Source: a virus
Length of the DNA: 64,000 nucleotides
Reading direction: 5' to 3' (one strand)
Virus record (IMG/VR): IMGVR_UViG_3300050343_000199
Location: 32,001-96,000 of that record
Both the position numbers and the translations under genes were made by a program. How positions within the stretch are numbered: the stretch's first letter is position 1; each line of letters opens with the position of its first letter. Under the pieces are notes generated by a model that had not been told where the DNA came from, did no database searches, and worked only from the letters and a program-made list of their open reading frames with translations. Of this stretch, positions 45,652-53,700 are shown in pieces.

Positions 45652-46199
45652 TTTTCAAAACCCTCGTAGTATCCATCCATATGTACTGTCATACCTGGAG
45701 GTGTAAGATAGAAATTACCTGCTAATATTAGTCTATCATCTACTGGACATTTGTCAACACCATGTATCACACCCATTGGTAATATAACTACGAGTCCTTC
45801 TTCTACTGGTATTTCTGTATTAGATGATGGGAGAAGGAGAGGTGAAGAGTTAGGTGGTGTTCTCACATAGTATACAAAAGAGTATTGTGTTGGGATGTGA
45901 TGATGTGGTACTGAGAAATCATCTTTTGAATACTTAGCAAACCATGTTGAGACAATAGTAAATGTATGATCTAATGTGTAATGTATGTTTTTAGAAGTAG
46001 TATGTACTACCCAATCAACAATGGTATCAATAGCAGGAGATTCTACCCACCATTCAGACATATGTTTAACACGTACTGTTGACACATTAGTTTTTTTCCA
46101 TCCAAGTGTATGTGCATCAGTATACAATTGTTTATTGATGGAAAGATCAGGGTATACAGCAGTGATTACATTGATATTTTCTTTATGTGGTATGATCAT
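45648..46199 (-). CDS. 2OG-Fe(II) oxygenase (TIGR02466-like)
   Basis: TWFAKYSK.DFSVPHHH.P..YSFVYYV; VILP..VIHGV; RLILAGN; ATGA coupling at 46199. Confidence 0.85.
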   Translation of the reverse strand: MIIPHKENINVITAVYPDLSINKQLYTDAHTLGWKKTNVSTVRVKHMSEWWVESPAIDTIVDWVVHTTSKNIHYTLDHTFTIVSTWFAKYSKDDFSVPHHHIPTQYSFVYYVRTPPNSSPLLLPSSNTEIPVEEGLVVILPMGVIHGVDKCPVDDRLILAGNFYLTPPGMTVHMDGYYEGFEK

Positions 46200-46783
46200 C
46201 GTCTGTAATGCCAATTGTAAGAGAAAGTCACCCGAGGACCAAAGATTTTAGGTGCATGATATACTCCTCTTGGAATATAGATGGCATCACCTGGATGAAG
46301 TTGATGAATTGTATCATCTTCAAACTCATATTGAATCATACCCATACATTGTATGATGAAAAGAGAATGAGGATCACGATGAGATTTAAAGACATATGAT
46401 TCAGCAATGACATTACTGTAAATGTGTAAGTTTTCAAGTTTTAAATCAAATGCTTCTTGACATATGTTAACAGTGTTAGGATCAAGAAAGTCTTGAGTAT
46501 GTGTAACGATAGTTGGTAGAATAACCTGTCTATCACCACGTATTGCTAAATCAGGGTAATCAGTTTCACCTTCATAATCAATTTGATTTTCATGTACAAG
46601 TGTATCTGGTGGTATGAGACATCTTAAGTAATCATGATTACGTTCTTGTTGCCAGAGGGGGACAATATTATCCCAAGTAATTGTTGCATGTTGAGGAAAA
46701 CGACCGCGAAAGACTTTAACTTCATCACCCCATTCAATGGTAGGATCATAGGTTGTGGGAGTAATTTCAAATTCTGCTTTCAT
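46196..46783 (-). CDS. JmjC/cupin-4-like 2OG-Fe(II) oxygenase
   Basis: LHIYSN......FKSHRDPHSLFIIQCMG; LHPGDAIYIPRGVYHAP; RVTFSY. Confidence 0.85.
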   Translation of the reverse strand: MKAEFEITPTTYDPTIEWGDEVKVFRGRFPQHATITWDNIVPLWQQERNHDYLRCLIPPDTLVHENQIDYEGETDYPDLAIRGDRQVILPTIVTHTQDFLDPNTVNICQEAFDLKLENLHIYSNVIAESYVFKSHRDPHSLFIIQCMGMIQYEFEDDTIHQLHPGDAIYIPRGVYHAPKIFGPRVTFSYNWHYRR

Positions 46784-47274
46784 TTGATATTACCTGCGAG
46801 AACAACTCTATTTGTACATTGATTGATTGGTACATAATGTTCTACATTACCAGGGAAGATGACCACTTTACCTGGAGTGGGAGTGATTTCTTTATTAGAT
46901 GTAGGGAAATATAATGATGATGATCCTTCAGGTGAATGAATAAAGTAAACAAAAGAAAATGGTACAAACTTATGATCATGACATCGTGTACTATCACCAT
47001 CATTATACTTTGCAAACCATGCTTCATACAACTGATATAGATCTACAGGTAAATCCTGATGAGTGTTGTGTAGTAATGAGATGATCCATTCATAGATCGT
47101 GTTAACATTATCTGATTTCATTGTCCAATCAGACATCATAGCACCAACATTTGTCTTATAAGACATAGGCCAATCAATGTCTTCTAATTCCTGCATGAAT
47201 CTATCATTAATAGACAGATCATGATAGGTATCAGTGATGATTTGATGTCGTTCACGGATAAAGAATCTATTCAT
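46780..47274 (-). CDS. 2OG-Fe(II) oxygenase (TIGR02466-like)
   Basis: EAWFAKYNDGDSTRCHDH..VPFSFVYF; VVIFPGNVEHYVP; RVVLAGN; start moved to MNRFF. Confidence 0.88.
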   Translation of the reverse strand: MNRFFIRERHQIITDTYHDLSINDRFMQELEDIDWPMSYKTNVGAMMSDWTMKSDNVNTIYEWIISLLHNTHQDLPVDLYQLYEAWFAKYNDGDSTRCHDHKFVPFSFVYFIHSPEGSSSLYFPTSNKEITPTPGKVVIFPGNVEHYVPINQCTNRVVLAGNIK

Positions 47275-47503
47275 TTGTTTGTGCTTTTGATTTCGTATGA
47301 TCATCACGAGACCTATTTTTAATTACAATGAATGCATCCTTATTATACTTACGATGACCTTTAGGTGATGCCCATTTCTTATTATATCCTTCTGGTTGTT
47401 CAATACCAGAAACTACAGTACCACCAACCTCAAGTACAATATCATCATGTGTGACATCCCAACCAAGAGTATGCATCATATGCCATAGTTCATCTTGAGT
47501 CAT
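47267..47503 (-). CDS. Conserved cyanophage hypothetical protein
   Basis: GWDVTHDDIV.EVGGT.V.GI...KWA..KG.RKYNKDAFIVIKNRSR. Confidence 0.85.
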   Translation of the reverse strand: MTQDELWHMMHTLGWDVTHDDIVLEVGGTVVSGIEQPEGYNKKWASPKGHRKYNKDAFIVIKNRSRDDHTKSKAQTNE

Positions 47504-47643
47504 TTGCCAACTCCATAATCAGGTGCTTGTTCTTCTAGTTTACGAATGCCATCATGTAATTTCTTCAATGCAGCACGAGTTTCAGGAGTTTCTTCATACT
47601 CCCAGATATCACCTTTCTTATTCACCATTTTCTTCTTAGTCAT
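47500..47643 (-). CDS. Small hypothetical protein (47 aa); not in ORF track
   Basis: Hand-translated MTKKKMVNKKGDIWEYEETPETRAALKKLHDGIRKLEEQAPDYGVGK*; coupled at both ends. Confidence 0.75.
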   Translation of the reverse strand: MTKKKMVNKKGDIWEYEETPETRAALKKLHDGIRKLEEQAPDYGVGK

Positions 47644-47798
47644 TAGTACTGTTCTCCATCTTTTGCTTTAGGGAAAGAATGCACAATCTCAACGATGGTT
47701 TGAACCATCTCACCTTGTGTTGCAGCAGGCATTGCAGTCACGTACAATAACCCGATGCCACATAATGTAGTTGTCAATAACCAAAAACGGTTGCTCAT
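47643..47798 (-). CDS. Small membrane/secreted protein (51 aa); not in ORF track
   Basis: Hand-translated MSNRFWLLTTTLCGIGLLYVTAMPAATQGEMVQTIVEIVHSFPKAKDGEQY*; first gene after dyad 9 promoter. Confidence 0.65.
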   Translation of the reverse strand: MSNRFWLLTTTLCGIGLLYVTAMPAATQGEMVQTIVEIVHSFPKAKDGEQY

Positions 47799-47855
47799 GA
47801 TATAGGTTGGTTACTCTGTTATTATAACACAGATCACCAGTGCTCAGGGTTGCTT

Positions 47856-47877
47856 GTGCCAGTTGTAATAGTGGTCA
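47856..47877. promoter_or_regulatory. Early-promoter dyad element 9
   Basis: GTGCCAGTT-gtaa-TAGTGGTCA; 29 nt upstream of -10 TATAAT (47821-26). Confidence 0.8.
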
Positions 47878-47878
47878 T

Positions 47879-48241
47879 CTATTGGTTGTGGTTGTAGCAT
47901 AAGCACTTATAATCTTTAATTGGATAGAGGTTATACCTCGTGACATATTTAATCACATGATCTTCACATTGAAACCAGCACTTCTTATTGTCTTCCTTAC
48001 GATTTTCTAGAAACCATGGGAACATATCCACGTAAGGAAATAGATTTAACTTACGTGAATTCTGATACCTAAACTCTGTTGCTGGTGTACTCTTGCCCTT
48101 CGCTTTCGCTGTTGTACCAGAAGTCTTGGTAGTCTTCTTGCGTGGCGTCACTGATGTTAACGCTTTGATATTCTCCTCTAGTTTTCTTTGAGTAGTTCGT
48201 GAGGATGATTTGTTCGTTGACGACTGTCCAACAGATTTCAT
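47879..48241 (-). CDS. Conserved cyanophage hypothetical protein, basic N-terminus overlapping the AbrB-like gene
   Basis: C-terminal FPWFLENRKE..KKCWFQCEDHV.KY..RY motif; start uncertain (MKSV at 48241). Confidence 0.65.
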   Translation of the reverse strand: MKSVGQSSTNKSSSRTTQRKLEENIKALTSVTPRKKTTKTSGTTAKAKGKSTPATEFRYQNSRKLNLFPYVDMFPWFLENRKEDNKKCWFQCEDHVIKYVTRYNLYPIKDYKCLCYNHNQ

Positions 48242-48353
48242 CTCCTTCTTGCCAGTTGAGTTCGTTGGTGATTTCTTCTGGGATTTCAATGTAGTAGTCC
48301 TCTGTGTCTTTGTACTGTTGTACTTTAGTGATGTACTTATTTGATGAATCCAT
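48069..48353 (-). CDS. AbrB/SpoVT-like (swapped-hairpin) DNA-binding protein
   Basis: YYIEIPEEI.NELNWQEGDEI.W......IIL matches AbrB/MazE pattern. Confidence 0.7.
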   Translation of the reverse strand: MDSSNKYITKVQQYKDTEDYYIEIPEEITNELNWQEGDEICWTVVNEQIILTNYSKKTRGEYQSVNISDATQEDYQDFWYNSESEGQEYTSNRV

Positions 48354-49041
48354 TGTTCTCTAACCATTCACGTGTCATAGGAGTTGGTTCATAATCTGAC
48401 CACATTGTTCCTGCTGCACAACTTTCAAGAGCACTCAATGTCATTCCTTCTGTCTTACCCGCCCATGTTGCTTCTTTCTCCCACGGAATTGCACCTGGTT
48501 GCAATACATATGAACGCTTCGCCATCTCTTGCCACAACATTGGTACGCTATCTTCAGGCATAATGATAGCAATCATACTATTATCAATCGTACCTGCCAT
48601 ACAATCCTGCGCTGCATGCCATCCTTCATGACGCATAACACTCATGAGTGTATTAGGACGACCCATAAATGCTTTGTTCAAGAAGAAGTTATTACTCACA
48701 GTATGATAGACACCACGATGTCCTACAGGGAAATACTTCTCATCCGCAAGATATACTCTGACACCGATTTGATTCAATGCTACAAGCATATGATTGAATT
48801 CATTGGCAACAGGATAGAAAGAATCTGTGTTGTCATACTGAGAGGAAACATCCAACAGAGAGAACACTTCAGTTACATCATCAGTACACTCCTGAAGAAG
48901 CATACATCCCATGGAATGGTTGGAATAGTAATCATCATCTGTAAGAGGATCTGCAATTGCAGGAGTGCCTACATTGGCAGCAAGTGCTACTACAGTACCA
49001 ACAACAGCATTAATCAGTTTAGTTTGAAAGGGCATAACCAT
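48337..49041 (-). CDS. Secreted HExxH (zincin-like) protein
   Basis: Signal-peptide-like N-terminus ending PAIA|DP; VMRHEGWHAAQDCM; WEKEA downstream Glu. Confidence 0.7.
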   Translation of the reverse strand: MVMPFQTKLINAVVGTVVALAANVGTPAIADPLTDDDYYSNHSMGCMLLQECTDDVTEVFSLLDVSSQYDNTDSFYPVANEFNHMLVALNQIGVRVYLADEKYFPVGHRGVYHTVSNNFFLNKAFMGRPNTLMSVMRHEGWHAAQDCMAGTIDNSMIAIIMPEDSVPMLWQEMAKRSYVLQPGAIPWEKEATWAGKTEGMTLSALESCAAGTMWSDYEPTPMTREWLENNGFIK

Positions 49042-49205
49042 GTGTCATAATCAGTTTGTTCAATTCTACCATCATTATATAAAATGTCAAGGAACTTACT
49101 CCAATACTCTTGCTTTGCAGGTATGTTACCACGTAATTCGGGATGCCATACCTTAAGCATCTTTCGGCAGATCCATACTGCCTCCTTCTTTGTTAGGTAT
49201 TCCAT
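49014..49205 (-). CDS. Hypothetical protein
   Basis: 63 aa; K..YW..FLD.L..DG.I...YD.W.CPF. Confidence 0.7.
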   Translation of the reverse strand: MEYLTKKEAVWICRKMLKVWHPELRGNIPAKQEYWSKFLDILYNDGRIEQTDYDTWLCPFKLN

Positions 49206-49350
49206 AGTTGTGAATAAAATAGAGAAAACTTTTGAGTGAACGTTTGATACTCAAACTCTTTTTAATCTCCAACCAATCTTGATACTCTTGTTCTAGAGTA
49301 TCAATCAGGGGAATCTTCGCTACAAAGGGCTTTGATTTTGTTGATGTCAT
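49153..49350 (-). CDS. Hypothetical protein
   Basis: 65 aa; EYQDWLEIK..L.IKRSLKSFLYF. Confidence 0.6.
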   Translation of the reverse strand: MTSTKSKPFVAKIPLIDTLEQEYQDWLEIKKSLSIKRSLKSFLYFIHNYGIPNKEGGSMDLPKDA

Positions 49351-49435
49351 ACAGAATCTTCTCTGCTAGCGCGTGATCTTTCTTGTTTTCCGCTTCCATG
49401 TACAATAGTATCAATTCCTTGATTTGTTCATCCAT
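49301..49435 (-). CDS. Small helical protein (44 aa); not in ORF track
   Basis: Hand-translated MDEQIKELILLYMEAENKKDHALAEKILYDINKIKALCSEDSPD*; fills gap, coupled to upstream stop. Confidence 0.6.
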   Translation of the reverse strand: MDEQIKELILLYMEAENKKDHALAEKILYDINKIKALCSEDSPD

Positions 49436-49655
49436 GTTGGAGCGATTTGTAGAGTTCTGCGAGCTCATCTTCGTTGTAAAACAAAGTTTGCTCGTTTATG
49501 TAGCCCTCTGGATCCATCCATTCAAACCACTCATCTGCAAAATGCAGTGCATCATCAACACGATCATCTGCAATTAGTTCACGAAAGCGAGTCATCATCC
49601 ATTCACAAATGTCATCGCGTTGTTCGGATATCCGAAGAGCATCAACGTTATTCAT
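49428..49655 (-). CDS. Conserved cyanophage hypothetical protein
   Basis: 75 aa; ATGA coupling. Confidence 0.75.
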   Translation of the reverse strand: MNNVDALRISEQRDDICEWMMTRFRELIADDRVDDALHFADEWFEWMDPEGYINEQTLFYNEDELAELYKSLQHG

Positions 49656-49945
49656 AGTTTGATAAGAGTCAGTTTGTTGTTGAGGTGATCGTAAGAGACA
49701 AATTTAACGTCTTTAGGCAAAGATTGCATCAATGCCTTGGTAAATTCTAGAGTGTAGTGACCATGATAACGCCAGAAGCGTCTGTATTCGTCTGTGAGGG
49801 GTTCTGCAGTGGTTGTGACAGGTACACTGTACTCACCTCTGCTATAATGCGTTGGAAGCGGTTTTAAGAGGGTCTTGATATCTGCTACAATTAATGGAGC
49901 AGCATGTTGGGGTTTCGTCTTAGTATATCGGGACAAGTAAATCAT
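49652..49945 (-). CDS. Conserved cyanophage hypothetical protein
   Basis: 97 aa; RRFWRYHG.YTLEF.KALM. Confidence 0.75.
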   Translation of the reverse strand: MIYLSRYTKTKPQHAAPLIVADIKTLLKPLPTHYSRGEYSVPVTTTAEPLTDEYRRFWRYHGHYTLEFTKALMQSLPKDVKFVSYDHLNNKLTLIKL

Positions 49946-50172
49946 TTGACGAAGACCTCCTGAAGTTGTTCTTGAGATAGTTGTTGTGCTTGTTTGAGTA
50001 GATTACACATGTGTGCAACATACTCAACATCCTCTTCATCTGGACTGAATTCATAAGAACCAGACCAATCCACACTGCCGTCATCATTAACAGCAGCACC
50101 AAACATATAACCGTCATCTTCAATGGCAAATGCATTACCATCAGCAACGAGATAGAACAGGGGAGCAGACAT
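49942..50172 (-). CDS. Hypothetical acidic protein
   Basis: 76 aa; downstream of TTGACA-17-TATACT promoter. Confidence 0.75.
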   Translation of the reverse strand: MSAPLFYLVADGNAFAIEDDGYMFGAAVNDDGSVDWSGSYEFSPDEEDVEYVAHMCNLLKQAQQLSQEQLQEVFVK

Positions 50173-50194
50173 GAGATAAGATCGGATGAACTAC

Positions 50195-50223
50195 AGTATA
50201 CTATGTATGAAGTGGGATGTCAA
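50195..50223 (-). promoter_or_regulatory. Consensus sigma70 promoter TTGACA-N17-TATACT (no clear dyad)
   Basis: tgtcaa 50218-23, agtata 50195-200. Confidence 0.8.
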
Positions 50224-50678
50224 CCGGTGTAACCAGCATTGCGATAGAGGTAACCACCGGCCCAGTCAGCGTTTTCAAGCATAAACTCACGCTCTTTGAT
50301 GATCAACATGTTGAAACGAACACCTTTGGCAGGTGCTTTAATTGATGCTGGTTTGTATACTTCACCAGTGGTCTTGTTCACGAAAGCATGAACACTACGA
50401 TTACCACCATCAGTAGTCATCATGACCTTGTGATACTTGCGTCCAGTGTCAACAGTAAACTGATACGTACCAATGTTACGCTTCAGGTCCGCAATCTTCT
50501 GCTCATGATACTCTCTGTTCACAGCAGATGCTAAGAAGAACTCTTGACGACGGATGCTTTCCTTCACAAAGTCCTGCTCAAGTGCTTGACAGAGTGCAAA
50601 TGTATGACCCAAGATCGCTTGTGCGATGTCGTTACGTGCCTCAGCAGATGCAGCGTAGTCAGCGAAGGTGGTGGTCAT
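50220..50678 (-). CDS. Conserved T4-like phage hypothetical protein
   Basis: GRKYHKV......RSVHAFV.K.TGEVYKPAS.KAPAKGVRFN motif. Confidence 0.85.
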   Translation of the reverse strand: MTTTFADYAASAEARNDIAQAILGHTFALCQALEQDFVKESIRRQEFFLASAVNREYHEQKIADLKRNIGTYQFTVDTGRKYHKVMMTTDGGNRSVHAFVNKTTGEVYKPASIKAPAKGVRFNMLIIKEREFMLENADWAGGYLYRNAGYTG

Positions 50679-50717
50679 TGGGTGGTTCCCTTTGGTATGA
50701 ATATAGTATAGGCTGGA

Positions 50718-50879
50718 TCAGAGCAGATCCAATGCCTCCTGTGACAGTTCTTCAGTCGCACACTTGCGCCAGTCTTGATTTTGTCTGGTATAGTCTGCAA
50801 AGTTGTTTACTGCATCATCATTGATCTCATCAATTTGCTCTAGAAGCCAACGATCAAGCATTACTTCAGAAATAGACAT
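50718..50879 (-). CDS. Small acidic protein (53 aa); not in ORF track
   Basis: Hand-translated MSISEVMLDRWLLEQIDEINDD...QEALDLL*; TAATG coupling. Confidence 0.7.
   Translation of the reverse strand: MSISEVMLDRWLLEQIDEINDDAVNNFADYTRQNQDWRKCATEELSQEALDLL
50741..50761. promoter_or_regulatory. Early-promoter dyad element 10
   Basis: GTGACAGTT-ctt-CAGTCGCAC; 30 nt upstream of -10 TATACT (50705-10). Confidence 0.7.
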
Positions 50880-51025
50880 TAGTTAAAATTAATAGTGATT
50901 TGTTCAAATTCAAGATGATCACAGCATGTGTCATCATCATGTAGATCAATCATGTCAGTGTCAACATGACTGAATAGTTTATCAAATAGGTCGTTAACGA
51001 ACTCTTGATTGGATTGTTGAGTCAT
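50879..51025 (-). CDS. Small acidic protein (48 aa); not in ORF track
   Basis: Hand-translated MTQQSNQEFVNDLFDKLFSHVDTDMIDLHDDDTCCDHLEFEQITINFN*. Confidence 0.7.
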   Translation of the reverse strand: MTQQSNQEFVNDLFDKLFSHVDTDMIDLHDDDTCCDHLEFEQITINFN

Positions 51026-51128
51026 AGTAGTTCATCATTTTTGAATCACGCTCTGCTAAGAATAGCAGGTAGCATGTGAGAGCAACAACGGTAAAGATAC
51101 CGCCTAGGAGATACTGAGTTACTTTCAT
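50994..51128 (-). CDS. Small single-TM membrane protein (44 aa); not in ORF track
   Basis: Hand-translated MKVTQYLLGGIFTVVALTCYLLFLAERDSKMMNYYDSTIQSRVR*. Confidence 0.7.
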   Translation of the reverse strand: MKVTQYLLGGIFTVVALTCYLLFLAERDSKMMNYYDSTIQSRVR

Positions 51129-51286
51129 TAGTTGTCTTCACCAAACATTTCGTTGAATAAGTTGCGACCATCGTAGTCTGTGTTACGCTCACGATTGGCA
51201 TATGCTTCCATGCGTTGGCGAGCAGTGTACTCATCAACGTTGTAGGGCAGGTAAAGCATGGTGCCGTTGGGGAGTTGCTTGAGCAT
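51128..51286 (-). CDS. Small hypothetical protein (52 aa); not in ORF track
   Basis: Hand-translated MLKQLPNGTMLYLPYNVDEYTARQRMEAYANRERNTDYDGRNLFNEMFGEDN*. Confidence 0.7.
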   Translation of the reverse strand: MLKQLPNGTMLYLPYNVDEYTARQRMEAYANRERNTDYDGRNLFNEMFGEDN

Positions 51287-51317
51287 GGTGTTGGTTGCTT
51301 ATGTGCTTATTATAGGG

Positions 51318-51482
51318 TCATTCCTCCACCTGAAGCGCGTACCTGTGCCACTTCTCTAAGTGGTCATACAGAAACGCATCATCAACATGCTTATGGTATA
51401 CATGGTCTTTAGGATACTTCATCATCATATCCATTACAAATTTCATTTGTTCCGCAGTGAACGGAACTCTTACAATATTCAT
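51318..51482 (-). CDS. Small hypothetical protein (54 aa); not in ORF track
   Basis: Hand-translated MNIVRVPFTAEQMKFVMDMMMKYPK...YALQVEE*; ATGA coupling. Confidence 0.65.
   Translation of the reverse strand: MNIVRVPFTAEQMKFVMDMMMKYPKDHVYHKHVDDAFLYDHLEKWHRYALQVEE
51345..51366. promoter_or_regulatory. Early-promoter dyad element 11
   Basis: GTGCCACTT-ctct-AAGTGGTCA; 30 nt upstream of -10 TATAAT (51309-14). Confidence 0.8.
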
Positions 51483-51640
51483 TCTCCTAATACGGGGATA
51501 ACATCTACAGTACTCACATTAGGATCTTCTTGAATGTTTTTTACTAAATGCAATACATCAGCATCATTGAACAATACAACAGATTGTCTACTACGATATC
51601 CTTTTTGCTTGCTTCTCCACCATTCAACACGGTATTTCAC
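51479..51640 (-). CDS. Small hypothetical protein (53 aa); not in ORF track
   Basis: Hand-translated MKYRVEWWRSKQKGYRSRQSVVLFN...VIPVLGE*; GTGA coupling. Confidence 0.7.
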   Translation of the reverse strand: MKYRVEWWRSKQKGYRSRQSVVLFNDADVLHLVKNIQEDPNVSTVDVIPVLGE

Positions 51641-51975
51641 AATGAAGATCCTCGCTGGAATTTAGTAACGTCACCAAGGGTAATATGAGCAGCATAACCA
51701 TATGATGTACTACCATCATCGTTGTATACAGGATCCTCTTGCTTGATATCTTTTCTATAGTATGCATCAGTATTAAAATCTTGATCAAGTGACATCAAGC
51801 ATCTCAACTCTTCTGCACGATTTGCTACTCTACCATGTAGATCAATCACATCCTGGATACAAGATATAATCTCTTCATACGCTTGTCGTGCTGATACTTT
51901 ATCATCGTGGAGATAATCATCAATCGCATCTTGCATACGAAATTTGCGTTGGTGCTCATAAGATCCTTCTTGCAT
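51637..51975 (-). CDS. Hypothetical protein
   Basis: Start moved to MQEGSYE (TAATG coupling); RMQDAIDDYL.D. Confidence 0.7.
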   Translation of the reverse strand: MQEGSYEHQRKFRMQDAIDDYLHDDKVSARQAYEEIISCIQDVIDLHGRVANRAEELRCLMSLDQDFNTDAYYRKDIKQEDPVYNDDGSTSYGYAAHITLGDVTKFQRGSSL

Positions 51976-52166
51976 TAGTTGAACTCCTGTTGACGACGTT
52001 GTTGTAGGTATTGAAGAATGTCTTGTCTCCACTCCATTAATTCATTGAAACATTCTTGATTGTGAGCACATGACCGAAGTCTATTGTCAGGCTTCAATAC
52101 ACTCTCGTAAAACAAACCGAATGCATCCTTACGCTTTTGCTGCTTCAAATCATAATACTCAGACAT
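51975..52166 (-). CDS. Conserved cyanophage hypothetical protein
   Basis: DAFGLFYESVLKPD..LR..AH.Q.CF.ELMEWR. Confidence 0.8.
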   Translation of the reverse strand: MSEYYDLKQQKRKDAFGLFYESVLKPDNRLRSCAHNQECFNELMEWRQDILQYLQQRRQQEFN

Positions 52167-52200
52167 AGTGCCCCTAGAACTGGTGTAATTATAGCATACT

Positions 52201-52521
52201 TTAACTTAAAAAGTTAAGTATTGATGGTCTAAATGGTTTGAGTATCTGCATAGCAGTATAAACTCTGGTATCATTTATATCTACTTCCGCACCTATTTTA
52301 TTACAGTTGATGGGGGCATGGTAAGTGTGCGTAGTGCTTCTCTTCGTTCGCTTGAACTTGATGAATCCCCAGATGGTACGAATAGGACTATCAGTAGTAT
52401 AAGCATAACTTTGAGTGTTACAAAGCCATATAGCAACCACATTACGTTTGAAATCCTGACAATCATAGTAACAGTGCTCGGGTGCTTTATGTGGAAAATC
52501 TGAGGGTAGTTCTATCATCAA
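52201..52521 (-). CDS. Conserved cyanophage hypothetical protein
   Basis: LP.DFPH.AP..Y...FKRNVVAIW; APIN..KIG.EV....TR.YTAM. Confidence 0.8.
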   Translation of the reverse strand: MMIELPSDFPHKAPEHCYYDCQDFKRNVVAIWLCNTQSYAYTTDSPIRTIWGFIKFKRTKRSTTHTYHAPINCNKIGAEVDINDTRVYTAMQILKPFRPSILNFLS

Positions 52522-52763
52522 CCCACTGCCATCGGAGCATACTCAGAGCGTGGCATCTGCTCTACGTTGTAGTTAGTTACCTCAGCACCGTTAGCGATAC
52601 GCTCTGCCCACTCATTACGTGCTGTGAGCATGGTGACAGTGCTGTAGGACTTGAGACCGTTAGCATTCCAGGTGACACGCTTCTGGAAACGCTTGACGCC
52701 CTCGTCAGCGATGAATGCTTCAGGGAAGAAGTCAACTGTGGTGACGAGTGTAGTGAGTTGCAT
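52518..52763 (-). CDS. Conserved cyanophage hypothetical protein
   Basis: 81 aa; MQLTT..T.VDFFPEAFIA. Confidence 0.75.
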   Translation of the reverse strand: MQLTTLVTTVDFFPEAFIADEGVKRFQKRVTWNANGLKSYSTVTMLTARNEWAERIANGAEVTNYNVEQMPRSEYAPMAVG

Positions 52764-52871
52764 GTTAAGGAAAGAAAGGTTTGCTAGTCCCTAGGAGACT
52801 AGCGCGTGACGTGGAAGGTCTCCCCTCCACTCATCTAATATACACGGTTATGGGATGCTGTGCTGGTTTGG

Positions 52872-52893
52872 TGGACAGTTCAGCAACTGGTTC
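52872..52893. promoter_or_regulatory. Early-promoter dyad element 12
   Basis: TGGACAGTT-cagc-AACTGGTTC; 29 nt upstream of -10 TATATT (52837-42). Confidence 0.75.
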
Positions 52894-53086
52894 ATTCAAA
52901 AACTGGTATGATTCGTTCACGCATCTCTTTCAACTGCTGTGGATCATTACCATACTCACCCATATGCATGAAAACACAATCAATGTATCGTAAATTATTA
53001 CGTTCAGCATCAAGGACAAAGGAATCACAATACCTTAAGATATCTGGAGGTACTTCTAAATTCTGATAGTCGTAATCAATAGTCAT
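52892..53086 (-). CDS. Conserved cyanophage hypothetical protein
   Basis: Start moved to MTIDYDY; LRYIDCVFMHMGEYGNDP. Confidence 0.75.
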   Translation of the reverse strand: MTIDYDYQNLEVPPDILRYCDSFVLDAERNNLRYIDCVFMHMGEYGNDPQQLKEMRERIIPVFE

Positions 53087-53678
53087 AGTTAATAAGTTTT
53101 TTGTAAAATGGATCACATATTTTGTATTGACCTTTAATGTGACTCTTACCAATAAGATCTTTATTGATATAGTGTACAGTCAATGATGGATGATCAATCC
53201 AGTCTTTATATGTCCATGATGCAGATCGTACATATTGATTGCCTCCCTCTTCACATTTCTTTCGTATTTGTGAATCAAGTTTGTGTGCTACTGCATCAAT
53301 AGTAAACTCTACAACGTAATGTAGTATGCCATGAACAAACAAACCATGAATAATAGGAAGATTGACATCAGTATCCTTGTCATATCTTGCTCTAGTATAA
53401 TCATTGAAGCACCCGCTACCATTAGTAGTCTTATTAGTGTAGTTCTTTGGTTTAATCTCTTTCTCTATGTTAGTCCCGATTTGGATTGCATCTCTGCCAA
53501 GCTTACCAGGAAGAGGGTTACATCCAGCAACACGAGCAACAATATGCTCACGCAAAGTGGAACTATTAGAGTCGTTGATGTAGACTTCATACAATTCCTC
53601 AAAAAGATCACATTCTGTTTGTGTGGGATGACCTAGTGCTCGGTCAGTTGCAAGTGAAATTAATTGCTCGGAGAACAT
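53076..53678 (-). CDS. Putative PD-(D/E)xK restriction-endonuclease-like protein
   Basis: INDSNSSTLRE...GRDA......EKEIKP catalytic-like spacing; start moved to MFSEQ downstream of its own promoter. Confidence 0.5.
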   Translation of the reverse strand: MFSEQLISLATDRALGHPTQTECDLFEELYEVYINDSNSSTLREHIVARVAGCNPLPGKLGRDAIQIGTNIEKEIKPKNYTNKTTNGSGCFNDYTRARYDKDTDVNLPIIHGLFVHGILHYVVEFTIDAVAHKLDSQIRKKCEEGGNQYVRSASWTYKDWIDHPSLTVHYINKDLIGKSHIKGQYKICDPFYKKLINYDY

Positions 53679-53700
53679 TGGATTGATGGACAACTCACAT

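Noticed and set aside
48529-49050. 173-aa plus-strand ORF
   Set aside because: Antisense to the HExxH gene; composition is typical of a reverse-frame artefact.
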